From NCBI GenBank assembly GCA_965223905.1, contig CBDCXV010000010.1, forward strand, positions 704,001-768,000: a DNA stretch of 64,000 nt, written 5' to 3'. The position numbers and the translations under genes were made by a program. Under the pieces are notes generated by a model. That model was not told where the DNA came from. It saw only the letters and a program-made list of their open reading frames with translations, and did not search any database. Every line of letters starts with the position of its first letter. Within the stretch, counting starts at the first letter, position 1. Below, piece by piece: positions 54,037 to 63,269 of the stretch. Origin of the DNA: Candidatus Latescibacterota bacterium (lineage in GTDB: Bacteria; Latescibacterota; UBA2968; UBA8231).

Positions 54037-55245
54037 ATGATAAGCTCGGACCTCACCCGGCAGCTGCTGATCCCTGAAAGCGACAGCAAGATCGTCCTGC
54101 TCGTGATCGACGGACTTGGTGGTCTTCCCGATCCGGACACCGGCAGGTCGGAGCTCGACAGCGCGATGCTCCCGAACCTCGACCGCATCGCCCGCAGCGG
54201 TTCGTGCGGCTCGCTGACGCCCTTGGGGGCGGGATTCACACCGGGAAGCGGTCCCGCCCACCTGGCGCTGTTCGGCTACGATCCGTGGCACTGGCAGATC
54301 GGGCGCGGGGCCCTGTCGGCACTGGGAACGGGGATGGACTTTCGCCCTGGAGACCTGGCGGCGCGGCTCAATTTCTGCAACGTGGATTCCGACGGCAGAG
54401 TGACCGACCGGCGCGCCGGCCGCATCTCGACGGACCAGTGCCGGCACCTGTGCGCGCTCCTGGCCGATATCGACCTCCCCGGCACTGAGATCTCACTGGT
54501 TCCCGAGATGGAGTACCGGGCCGCAATCCTGTTTCGCGGCGACGGTCTCTCCGCTCGCCTGACAGAGTCGGACCCCCAGCAGACCGGTGTCGCCCCAAGG
54601 GCGGTTACGGCCCTTGAGGAGGAGGCATCGAGGGCGGCTGCCGCGGTAACGAGCTTTCTCCACCAGGCCGAAAAGCGGCTGCGGGATCAATCGCCCGCCA
54701 ACATGGTCCTGATAAGGGGATTCGGCACTATTCCCGAGATGCCGCGGTTCGGCGAGGTGTACGGACTCCGGGGTCTGGCGATCGCCGCCTACCCGATGTA
54801 CCGGGGGGTGGCGCAGGCGGTCGGCATGTCCGCGGTCCCATGCGGCAGCGACCTCTCCTCGTCGTGCGAACTGCTGCGCCGGCATTGGGACCTTCACGAC
54901 TTCTTCTTCATTCACTTCAAGAGTACGGACAGCGCCGGAGAGGACGGCGATTTCGGTGAAAAGGTCCGCCTTCTCGAAGGGGTGGATTCCTCTGTACCGA
55001 GCATTCAGGAACTCGAACCGGAAGTCTTCGCCATCACCGGAGATCACTCAACCCCGTCGCTGGTGAAAGGCCACAGCTGGCATCCGGTTCCGGTCGCCAT
55101 CGCCAGTACCTGGGCCCAGCCTCACGCCGGGGCGGCCTTCTCCGAGAGGGGGTGCCGCAACGGCAGCATCGGGAGCATACCGAGTTCCAGCCTGATGGCC
55201 CTTCTCCTCGCCCACGCCGGGAGGCTGCGCAAGTACGGTGCCTAG
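54037..55245 (+). CDS. apgM: 2,3-bisphosphoglycerate-independent phosphoglycerate mutase, ApgM type
   Basis: IDGLGG, PGSGPAHL, DRRAGRI, TDSAGEDG, TGDHSTP, HSWHPVP. Confidence 0.9.
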   Translation: MISSDLTRQLLIPESDSKIVLLVIDGLGGLPDPDTGRSELDSAMLPNLDRIARSGSCGSLTPLGAGFTPGSGPAHLALFGYDPWHWQIGRGALSALGTGMDFRPGDLAARLNFCNVDSDGRVTDRRAGRISTDQCRHLCALLADIDLPGTEISLVPEMEYRAAILFRGDGLSARLTESDPQQTGVAPRAVTALEEEASRAAAAVTSFLHQAEKRLRDQSPANMVLIRGFGTIPEMPRFGEVYGLRGLAIAAYPMYRGVAQAVGMSAVPCGSDLSSSCELLRRHWDLHDFFFIHFKSTDSAGEDGDFGEKVRLLEGVDSSVPSIQELEPEVFAITGDHSTPSLVKGHSWHPVPVAIASTWAQPHAGAAFSERGCRNGSIGSIPSSSLMALLLAHAGRLRKYGA

Positions 55246-55377
55246 AAGGCCCCCGGCCGGCATATTTTCGCACGCGTTCCCATCGTGCTGCCGGCCCCCG
55301 CCGGTTAGCCGGCCATCCTCGACCGCCCTATACTTTCCCTCGTTTCGGACACCGATTCCAGGAGCGTAGCGACGGAA

Positions 55378-56219
55378 ATGATCCACCCGGTGCGCATCGC
55401 CCACCGCGGTGCTTCCGGCTCGGCACCGGAAAACACCGCCGCGGCCTTCGAGCGCGCCATCCGGATCGGAGTCGACGCGATCGAGATCGACGTTCACGGG
55501 ACGAGCGACGGCCGCGTGGTAGTCATCCACGACGCGACACTCGACCGAACCACCGACCGCCGCGGCTGGGTTCGACAGCAGACGCTCGATCAGATCCGCA
55601 GCGCGGACGCCGGAACCTGGTTCGGCAGAGAGTTCAAGGGTGCGCAGATCCCCCTGCTCGAAGAGGCGATCGAGACGACCCGCCACCGCGCTCTCCTTCT
55701 CGTCGAAATCAAAGGGGAATTCCTCGCCGAGAAGGTGCTGCAGATCGTCGACGACATGGAGGCGGCGGACCAGGTCGTCATCCAGTCCTTCAACCCGGAG
55801 ACGATCCGCCGCGTCAAGCTCCTCGATGCCGGCATTCCCACCGCCCTCCTGATCGGAAAGCTCCCGGCCGCTCCCTCCAGGGTCAGGGCGCGACGGCTGG
55901 TTAAACAGGTGCTCGAGGTGGGCGCCAACGCTCTGGCGATCTGGCACGCCACCCTCACGCCCCCCTTCTTCGAGGAAATGCGCAAACGAGCGGTTTCCGT
56001 CTGGGCCTGGACGGTGGACGAGGAACTCGTGATGCGCGACATGGTGCAGATGGAGTGCAGGGGATAATCACCAACCACCCGGAAAGGCTGAACGGCATTC
56101 TCGAAAACCTGGAAGCAGCCGGTCTCATTCAGGCGCCGCTGGGGCGACGGCAGCGCATCAAGCCGACCCGTTGGGGGCGCCGGCGGCGGCTGAGAAAGCT
56201 GGGCAAATCCCGGGCCTGA
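55378..56219 (+). CDS. Glycerophosphodiester phosphodiesterase with a 1-nt frameshift near 56051
   Basis: IAHRGAS, PENT, EIDV, HD.TLDRTT, EIK, WTVD; the conserved GVQGIITNHP continues in another frame to TGA 56217-56219. Confidence 0.8.
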
Positions 56220-56497
56220 ACCATGAGCCCTGAACTATTGGGAAATTCAAGGGGGAGCGAACTTCGCTGTCTTCGCTGTTCCTCATGTTTCCTCTCGACT
56301 TCTCCTTTCCAGACCGCAGGGGGCTTTCAGTGGCGGGGGACATTGCTGAATCGCGCGCCAGGGGACTGCCGGCAGCCGGTTTCCCGAGGCAGGTGGTCCC
56401 GGCCTGCAAGCTCGAGTCGCAAAACCGCGCGAAACGATCGTCCCCCGACAGGACGCGCCACTCGGGCAACCGGGAACCGTGAAAGACCCGACCTGCC

Positions 56498-56710
56498 GTG
56501 ACGACAACCCTTTACCTGCTGTTCGCCTTTCTGCTCCTGGTGGTTATCGCCTTTCGCTTTTTCCGCCGACCCCGACAGCGATGCCCGCAGTGCTTCAGTC
56601 CCAGGGAGGGAGATCACCCGCTGTGCCGGGAGTGCGGCTGGATTTACGATGACGATTCATCCGAAGACGACGATTACGGCGAGCTCGAGGAGCCTGAAAA
56701 CCAGCTGTGA
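56498..56710 (+). CDS. Small membrane protein with a zinc ribbon and acidic tail
   Basis: N-terminal TM, CPQC...CREC, D/E-rich C-terminus. Confidence 0.55.
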   Translation: MTTTLYLLFAFLLLVVIAFRFFRRPRQRCPQCFSPREGDHPLCRECGWIYDDDSSEDDDYGELEEPENQL

Positions 56711-56772
56711 CCGACCCCCTCGCGAAGAGGCTAACCCCTCGGGGAACCGGTACCGGCTGGCAGGTTTTCTGC

Positions 56773-56837
56773 TTGACAACCGCAATGTCAAATTTTAGTT
56801 TGTTTTTATTCTATTTACGCCACTTTTTACGCCACTT
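56773..56837 (+). promoter_or_regulatory. Sigma70-like promoter with an overlapping inverted repeat and a downstream 12-bp tandem repeat
   Basis: TTGACA-17 nt-TAGTTT; TTGACA-N7-TGTCAA palindrome; TTTACGCCACTT x2 at 56814-56837. Confidence 0.6.
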
Positions 56838-56882
56838 TCAGGTCTGCCGAGCGGACCTGTCAAGCAGGGTTCGGAGGAGGAT

Positions 56883-57515
56883 ATGAAAACGCGAGTATTT
56901 TCGTTGCTTGCAGTGCTTCTGGCCGTCGGACTGACACTGGGGTGCGGCGGCGATCCTCCCAAGGCGGATCTCGACGCTGCCAGTCAGGCCCTGCAAGCCG
57001 CCAGGGATGCGGGGGCGGAGAAGTACGCCGGTAGTGAGCTGGCCTCGGCGCAGCGCACCTTCGACGACGCCAAGAGCGCCTACGACGTCGAAGCCGAGAA
57101 GTGGTTCAAGAACTGGGACGAGGTGGTCAAACCCGGACTCGCCGACGCCCTCAGCAAGGCGAACGCCGCGGCAACCTCCGCAACCGAGGCCAAGAACGCA
57201 GCCATGAGCGCCGCGGAAGCGGCTATCGCCGAGGCTGCTGCCGCAGTCGAGCAAACGAGGGGAAGCCTCGAAGCCGCTCCCGCCGGCAAGGGAACCGAAG
57301 CGGACATCGAACAGTTGAAAACCGACCTCGGGGGTGCCGACTCCGACCTCGCTGCAGCCCGCGCCGCGGTCGACAGTGAAGAGTTCGAAGAAGCTACTGC
57401 CAAGGCGAACAGCGCCATGAGTACAGCGGAAGCGGTCGCCAGCGGGGTTGAGCAGGCGGTCGCCAGATACCATGACCTCGTCGAAAAGAACACACCCTGG
57501 TATCTCAAGATGTAG
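56883..57515 (+). CDS. Ala-rich helical lipoprotein (DUF4398-like)
   Basis: Lipobox LTLGC, AARDAGAEKYA motif, strong GGAGGA SD. Confidence 0.8.
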   Translation: MKTRVFSLLAVLLAVGLTLGCGGDPPKADLDAASQALQAARDAGAEKYAGSELASAQRTFDDAKSAYDVEAEKWFKNWDEVVKPGLADALSKANAAATSATEAKNAAMSAAEAAIAEAAAAVEQTRGSLEAAPAGKGTEADIEQLKTDLGGADSDLAAARAAVDSEEFEEATAKANSAMSTAEAVASGVEQAVARYHDLVEKNTPWYLKM

Positions 57516-57546
57516 TATGTAGGAAAGTTTTGGCGATGCGCCCAAG

Positions 57547-57578
57547 GGCCGGGGAGGATTTCCTCCCCGGCCTTTCTT
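57547..57578 (+). terminator. Intrinsic terminator after the lipoprotein gene
   Basis: GGCCGGGGAGG-ATTT-CCTCCCCGGCC followed by TTTCTT. Confidence 0.8.
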
Positions 57579-57592
57579 GTTCAGGTTTCCCC

Positions 57593-58168
57593 ATGCGCCT
57601 ACTAGTGGCGGCCTCGATAGGTCTCTGCTCCCTTCCGTATCCGGCGGCATCTGAAAGCCTGGAGGATCTGAGAAGGCAGCAGGCCATTCTGCTGCACAAG
57701 CTCTCCGAGCGGGAGCCGAATGCACCCTACCTCGTCGTCGATACTCACGACAACCGCCTGCTGCTGCGCTCCCGGGGGTACGAGATCCTGCGCCAGGCCG
57801 TCTGCGCCACGGGTGCCGCTCGCCGGTTCGAAGGGACCAAGGCGAGACACAGGTGGAATTTCGCCACTCCCATGGGGCGCTTTTCCATCTTGCGGAAGGA
57901 GCGCGACCCGATCTGGATCAAGCCGGAGTGGGCCTTTCTCGAATCGGAGGCGGCGGTGCCGATCTTCGCCGAGGACCGGCGCCGCTTTCAACGGGGTGTG
58001 CTGGGAGAATACGCCCTCTATTTCGCCAAGGACTACATGATCCACGGCACGCTCTACGAAACCAACCTCGGCAGGAACATCACCCACGGCTGCGTGCGGG
58101 TCGGCGCACGGGACCTGGCCTACCTGTTCGAAAACGTCGACCTGGGGACCCCGGTCTTCATCTACTGA
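57593..58168 (+). CDS. L,D-transpeptidase (YkuD family), secreted
   Basis: Signal peptide; TPMGRF, PIWIKPEW, MIHGT...THGCVR catalytic motif. Confidence 0.92.
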   Translation: MRLLVAASIGLCSLPYPAASESLEDLRRQQAILLHKLSEREPNAPYLVVDTHDNRLLLRSRGYEILRQAVCATGAARRFEGTKARHRWNFATPMGRFSILRKERDPIWIKPEWAFLESEAAVPIFAEDRRRFQRGVLGEYALYFAKDYMIHGTLYETNLGRNITHGCVRVGARDLAYLFENVDLGTPVFIY

Positions 58169-58206
58169 CCCTCGCACCTGGCCGACTCACACAGCGAAAA
58201 AGAACC

Positions 58207-59149
58207 GTGAAAGGGTTGTGGCTCGAGGAGCGAAAGCTCACCCTGCGCTGCGACCTGCCGAGACCGGAGCCCGCCGCGGACGAGAGCCAGGTCAGGGTCC
58301 TCGTCGCCGGCATCTGCAACACCGACATCGAGCTGACCGGGGGCTACTACCCTTTCCGCGGTATACCGGGCCACGAGTTCGTCGGCGTCGTCGAGTCGGG
58401 CCCTCTCACCGGCCAACAGGTGGTCGGGGAGATAAACGCCGCATGCGGCTCCTGCTGCCGCTGCCGGTCGGGAGTGCCCGCCCACTGCGGCAATCGCACC
58501 GTTCTCGGAATCGCCGGGCGCGACGGCGCCTTCGCCGAACACCTCGTTCTTCCCTCGCGAAACCTGCACGTCGTCCCGGAAAGCCTCGACTCCTCCGAGG
58601 CGGTGTTCACCGAGCCCCTCGCAGCTGCCCTGCAGATTCAGGAGCAAGTCCGGGTCGGAGAAGATGACCGGGTACTGGTAGTGGGGGACGGCAAGCTCGG
58701 GCAGCTCATCGCCCAGACACTGGCCCTGGCCGGTTGCCGGCTTTCGGTCGTAGGCCAAGCTCGAGCTGCTGCGCAGGCGCGGCATCGCCACGGTAGCCCC
58801 CCAGGAGGTGGAGGGGGGCAGCTTCGGCCTCTCCGTGGAGTGCACCGGCTCTCCCCGAGGTTTCGAGCTCGCCCGCTCCGCCCTCAGACCACGGGGGACC
58901 TTGGTGATGAAAAGCACCTATTCCGGCCGCCTGAACCTCGACGCGGCACCTGTGGTCGTGGACGAGCTGACGATCATCGGTTCGCGCTGCGGCCCCTTTG
59001 CCCCCGCGGTCGACCTGTTGACCTTGAAAGCCGTCGATGTCGCCCCGCTGGTCAGCGACCGCCTCGCCATCGACGACGGGTTGGAGGCCTTCGAGCGGGC
59101 GACCCGGCCCGGGATCCTGAAGATACTCCTCGATATCGGGGAAAGCTGA
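58207..59149 (+). pseudogene. Zinc-dependent alcohol dehydrogenase with a frameshift near 58756
   Basis: GICNTD, GHEFVG, CGSCCRC...C, GDGKLG; after VVG the protein continues in another frame (KLELLRRRGIATV...VECTG...GSRCGPF). Confidence 0.75.
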
Positions 59150-59156
59150 AACCGCC

Positions 59157-60098
59157 ATGCGCTATCGTCCTTTGGGCCGCACCGGGTTGCGGGTTTCGCT
59201 TCTCAGCCTGGGCACCGGTGGCCCCAGCCTGTTCGGCCAAGCCTCCGGCGTCGGCGAGGCCGCGGCAGGCCGGATGCTGCGCCGGGCGCTGGAGCTCGGG
59301 GTCAACTTCATCGACTCCTCGTCGCAATACGGCGACAGCGAGTCCCTCCTCGGCAGGATGCTCGCCGGCGTAACCAGGGACCAGTACCTGATCGCGACGA
59401 AGTTTCCCTCGGCGATCGACGGGCGCGTGCCGTCGGGCGATGAAGTGGTTGCGTCGGTGGAGGGGAGTCTACTGCGGCTCGGCGTCGACGTTATCGATCT
59501 GGTGCAGTTCCACGGCGTGATCCCGGAGCTGTATGACGAGGTCATGGAAACCCAGCTGCCAACCGCCATCCGCCTGGTCGAGCAGGGCAAGTGCCGATTC
59601 CTCGGACTTTCCGAGAACTACAGCAGGGACCACCACCACGAAGTTGTCGGGCGGGCGCTCGACATCGAGGCCATCGATGCGATGATGATCGCCTACGGGA
59701 TTCTAAGCCCCTCGGCAGAGGAGCTCGTCTTCGACCGCTGCCTGAAGCGGCAGGTCGGGGTTGTCGACATGGTGGCGGTCCGCCGCGGCCTCAGCCGTCC
59801 CGAACACCTGCGCGTGCGCATCCGGGACGCGGTGAAACGCGGGGTTATCGACGCCGGTTCCGTCGACCTGTCCGATCCCCTCGGATGGCTTCTCGAAGGG
59901 CACGTTCTCTCCCTGCCTGCGGCGGGGTACAAGTTTGCCGCCTCGCATCCGGCGGTGTCGACCGTTCTGACCGGAACCGCGAACATGCGCCATCTAGAGG
60001 CCAACGCAGCCGCCGTCAACGGCCCCCCGCTCAGCGCTGAAGCAATGGCGAGGATTCGCCGGATTTTCGGCCGGGTTCGCGAAAATCTCGGGGACTGA
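59157..60098 (+). CDS. Aldo/keto reductase
   Basis: YRPLGRTGLRVS, GVNFIDSSSQYG, ATKF, IDLVQFH, VLTGTAN..HLEAN. Confidence 0.92.
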   Translation: MRYRPLGRTGLRVSLLSLGTGGPSLFGQASGVGEAAAGRMLRRALELGVNFIDSSSQYGDSESLLGRMLAGVTRDQYLIATKFPSAIDGRVPSGDEVVASVEGSLLRLGVDVIDLVQFHGVIPELYDEVMETQLPTAIRLVEQGKCRFLGLSENYSRDHHHEVVGRALDIEAIDAMMIAYGILSPSAEELVFDRCLKRQVGVVDMVAVRRGLSRPEHLRVRIRDAVKRGVIDAGSVDLSDPLGWLLEGHVLSLPAAGYKFAASHPAVSTVLTGTANMRHLEANAAAVNGPPLSAEAMARIRRIFGRVRENLGD

Positions 60099-60103
60099 CC
60101 CCC

Positions 60104-60652
60104 ATGAGAAGGCTTCCGTTGTTTGCGGCAATCGCTTTCGCGGCGGCGGTTCCGTCGCCGGCCTGGAGCCCCCCCGCAGAGACCGCAGCTCTGAAATCGA
60201 TCAACAGCGCCCTGCAGGCCTGGGTGCAGGCGGTAGATGCCGGCAATCCCTATCTCCTGCTCGACCTCGAGACGGCGGAGGTGCGATTGATGCAGCAGAA
60301 TGCCCTGCTGCGCAGCTGCCCTGCAGTCGTCGACTCATTCACCGGAGGCAACGGCGAACGGGAAGTGCTGGGGAAGATCCGCCGCTACTGGCGCGCCCCG
60401 GAAGGCCGCGGGAGCACGGGGAATCCGCGGTCGGCATTCGACTGGGAGGACTACCTCGCCGAGGACGGCGACAGGGACTGCGCCCTGTGGTTTTCAGGTC
60501 GCCTGCTGATCTACGCCGCGCGGGAGTGGGGGACGGTTCGGGCGCCGAGTGTGCGCCTGAACGAAGGGGACATCCGCGCCCTCTACAACGCCGCCCGGCC
60601 CGGGATGCCGCTGATCGTCCTGCCGGCCGGATGGAACTCCGCGGGCCGATGA
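60104..60652 (+). CDS. Secreted protein with a degenerate L,D-transpeptidase-like fold
   Basis: PYLLLD, LLIYA, SVRLNEGDIRALYNAARPGMPLIV parallels the YkuD C-terminus, but the catalytic His and Cys are absent. Confidence 0.5.
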   Translation: MRRLPLFAAIAFAAAVPSPAWSPPAETAALKSINSALQAWVQAVDAGNPYLLLDLETAEVRLMQQNALLRSCPAVVDSFTGGNGEREVLGKIRRYWRAPEGRGSTGNPRSAFDWEDYLAEDGDRDCALWFSGRLLIYAAREWGTVRAPSVRLNEGDIRALYNAARPGMPLIVLPAGWNSAGR

Positions 60653-60783
60653 TTCGTCGGCCTGCCTGTCCGACAGAAAGACCCGGTGATTCACTCCGCA
60701 TGACTGGACTTGCGGACTTCGCGACCGAACAGGCGTTCGCCGGGCGGTTTTCGCGGCGACCGCCTGCGGCCTCCGGATGCCCC

Positions 60784-61941
60784 CTACAGGTGGACGTTGA
60801 CGACCCCCGTGTCCATGAGGGTTCTGACAGTAATCCCCAGGCCGACGGCGATGATGATGACCGAGCTGACGACCGGAAGGCGTTGAATCCACTTGCTGTC
60901 CCCGGAAAAACGGTCGACGAGCGGACGCGCCTTCACCATGAGCACGCCGATGGCGATCAGGACCGCGGCCAGCCCGACGCTGAAAGCGAGCAGCAGCAGC
61001 AGCCCGAAGGCGATGCGATGCAGGGCCACGGCCAGCAGCAGGATCACCAGCGCCCCGTGACACGGGACGATACCGCCGGAAATTCCGAGGGCCAGGAGGC
61101 TTCCCAGGGTCACCCTGTCGGGAATCTCGTGGCTGTGGGAATGGCCGTGCCCATGGTGGTCATCCTCCTCTTCATGGCCGTGGTCATGGTGGCTGTGGTC
61201 GTGATGGTGCTCATGGTCACCGTGGTGGTCGTGATGGTGGTGACCGCGGGTGTCCAGCTTCCTCAAGTGACCGGCGAGGAGCCATATGCCGAGAGCCATG
61301 ATCAGAACTCCGGAGGCGGTTCCGAGCCAGGGGAAGATCTGCTCGGGTTGGACGTACTGGGTGGCGAAGAGCGCCACCAGGCCCAGCATGATCACACTGA
61401 AGGTGTGCGTGAAGGTGACTACTCCACCCAGAAACATGGCGTTGCCCACGGTACCCCGCGAGCCGACCAGGTAGGCAGCTACCACGGTCTTGCCGTGGCC
61501 CGGCTCAAGGCCGTGGGCGGCCCCGAGAAAGAGGGCCAGCGCCAGCGCCCCCATAATCAGGCCCAGGCTCAGCTCTTCCGAGCGCAGCAGATCGCTGAGT
61601 ACATCCGTGTCCTCCTCCGTGGCGGCGGCTGTCCCGCCCCGGCCCTCCTCCTGCCAGACGACGCGAACGGTCGCGGCGGCGGCCCTTCCCGGCGGCGGGC
61701 TCGCCAAATCCGAGCCGGCATCCCGGACGAACGCCCCCTCTGTCCCAGCGCCTGAAGGGTCCGCGGCCGGCACCTCTCCCCGGACCGGCGAAATGCCGGC
61801 GTCGAGAATCGGCGCTCCTCCGTTTCCAATGGCGGGCGACCTTCCGGGGACAGTGGGGCCGTAGAGGGTGAGATGATCCGTCCGGACCGGGAGGGCGCTC
61901 ATCAGCCCTGCGAGTATCAGGTACGTCAGTCGAATCCGCAT
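60784..61941 (-). CDS. Nickel/cobalt transporter, RcnA/NicO-like, His-rich
   Basis: GAAHGLEPGHGKT, TFTHT, long H/D-rich loop, GGIVPC. Confidence 0.9.
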   Translation of the reverse strand: MRIRLTYLILAGLMSALPVRTDHLTLYGPTVPGRSPAIGNGGAPILDAGISPVRGEVPAADPSGAGTEGAFVRDAGSDLASPPPGRAAAATVRVVWQEEGRGGTAAATEEDTDVLSDLLRSEELSLGLIMGALALALFLGAAHGLEPGHGKTVVAAYLVGSRGTVGNAMFLGGVVTFTHTFSVIMLGLVALFATQYVQPEQIFPWLGTASGVLIMALGIWLLAGHLRKLDTRGHHHHDHHGDHEHHHDHSHHDHGHEEEDDHHGHGHSHSHEIPDRVTLGSLLALGISGGIVPCHGALVILLLAVALHRIAFGLLLLLAFSVGLAAVLIAIGVLMVKARPLVDRFSGDSKWIQRLPVVSSVIIIAVGLGITVRTLMDTGVVNVHL

Positions 61942-62036
61942 CGTTTTCCTCCACCATAACTGCGGGGTTTGCCGTAAAAGAGTAAGGCAACGCGGTCTTG
62001 CGGGCATCCGATTCGTGTAATGACGCAGTAAAATAC

Positions 62037-62085
62037 TTGACTTCCTACAATATTAGTGTACTATATACATAGTAAACTATGTCAA
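62037..62085 (+). promoter_or_regulatory. Promoter with a YtrA/GntR-type operator palindrome
   Basis: TTGACT-16 nt-TACTAT; AGTGTACTAT-ATAC-ATAGTAAACT inverted repeat overlapping the -10. Confidence 0.65.
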
Positions 62086-62211
62086 TAGGACACCGATGTG
62101 GTCCCACCCGTTACCTCCCTTAATCCGATCGGCACAGCGCCGCCGCTGCGAAACGGGATCGACCGTCAATGGATGTCGAGATTGTGAGAGACATCGGAAT
62201 GGGGCGAATTG

Positions 62212-62583
62212 ATGGCCCTCGACTTTGATCCAACCCGTCCCATCTACCTGCAGATCATGGGGGAGGTGAAAAAACGCACCGCTCAGGGAGTCTATAGGGC
62301 CGGGGACCGTTTGCCGTCGGTGCGGGAGATGGCCGCTGAAATGGGGGTAAATCCCAACACCATGTCCAGGGCCTACATGGAGCTGGAGCGCGAGGGGTTC
62401 ATTACGACGCGACGCGGCCATGGATCTTCGATAACCGAAAGCACCGAACGGATCGACAGCGAGCGCCGCACCCTGGCCCGGAAGGCGCGGGACCGCTTCG
62501 TCTCGGAGGTCCGCGGCCTGGCGCTCTCACGAGCCCAGATCGAGGACCTGGTTGGCGGAATCCTAACGGAGGCAACCCGATGA
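62212..62583 (+). CDS. GntR family (YtrA subfamily) regulator
   Basis: PIYLQI, LPSVREMA..VNPNTMSRAY.ELE, RRGHG. Confidence 0.95.
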   Translation: MALDFDPTRPIYLQIMGEVKKRTAQGVYRAGDRLPSVREMAAEMGVNPNTMSRAYMELEREGFITTRRGHGSSITESTERIDSERRTLARKARDRFVSEVRGLALSRAQIEDLVGGILTEATR

Positions 62584-63269
62584 TAGAAGTGAAGAACCTG
62601 TGGAAGCGATATCCCGGTGTAACCGCCCTCGGGGGCATCTCCCTGACCGTCGCACGCGGACGGGTGATGGGCATCCTCGGAGAAAACGGGAGCGGCAAGA
62701 GCACGCTCTTCAAGATCCTGGCCGGGGTCGCCCGTCCCAGCGAAGGCAGCGCCCGCATCTCCGGACTCCCGGTGGGGGTCGAAACCCGCCGCATTACCGC
62801 CTACCTGCCCGAGGTCAGTCCCTTTTACGACTGGATGGGCGTAGTCGAGCAGCTCGAGTTCCTGGCCGCCTTCTTCCCGGGGTGGGACATGGAGAAGTCG
62901 CGCCGGCTTCTCGCCATCATGAACGTCGACGGCCACCGGAAGATCGGCTCCCTTTCCGACGGCCAGCGGGCGCGGCTCAAGGTGGCGGCCGCCTTCTCCT
63001 GGCCGAGTGAGGTAGTGCTGATGGACGAGCCGCTGGGGCGCATCGACCCGCCGTCGCGCCGGCGCATCCTGGAAACCTTGCTCAGTGAGTTCCGCTTCGG
63101 AGAGCAGACGATCCTGATCTCGACCCATCTCGTCGGCGAAGTGGAAGAGCTGATAGAGGAGGTCGCCTTCCTGCGGCATGGCGAAATCGCGGTCAGCGGC
63201 GACGTCGAGGATCTGAGGGAGAATCGCGGCATGTCCCTCGGCGACATTTTCGAGGAGGTGGTAGCGTGA
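62580..63269 (+). CDS. ABC transporter ATP-binding protein
   Basis: GENGSGKST, LSDGQ, LMDEP, ISTH. Confidence 0.95.
   Translation: MIEVKNLWKRYPGVTALGGISLTVARGRVMGILGENGSGKSTLFKILAGVARPSEGSARISGLPVGVETRRITAYLPEVSPFYDWMGVVEQLEFLAAFFPGWDMEKSRRLLAIMNVDGHRKIGSLSDGQRARLKVAAAFSWPSEVVLMDEPLGRIDPPSRRRILETLLSEFRFGEQTILISTHLVGEVEELIEEVAFLRHGEIAVSGDVEDLRENRGMSLGDIFEEVVA

Noticed and set aside
57853-59373. 506-aa ORF as a full protein
   Set aside because: Only 58207-58756 is ADH-like; the rest is off-frame sequence overlapping neighbouring genes.
61130-61245. CAC/CAT/GAC-rich low-complexity repeat
   Set aside because: It is explained by the His-rich loop of the RcnA-like transporter.
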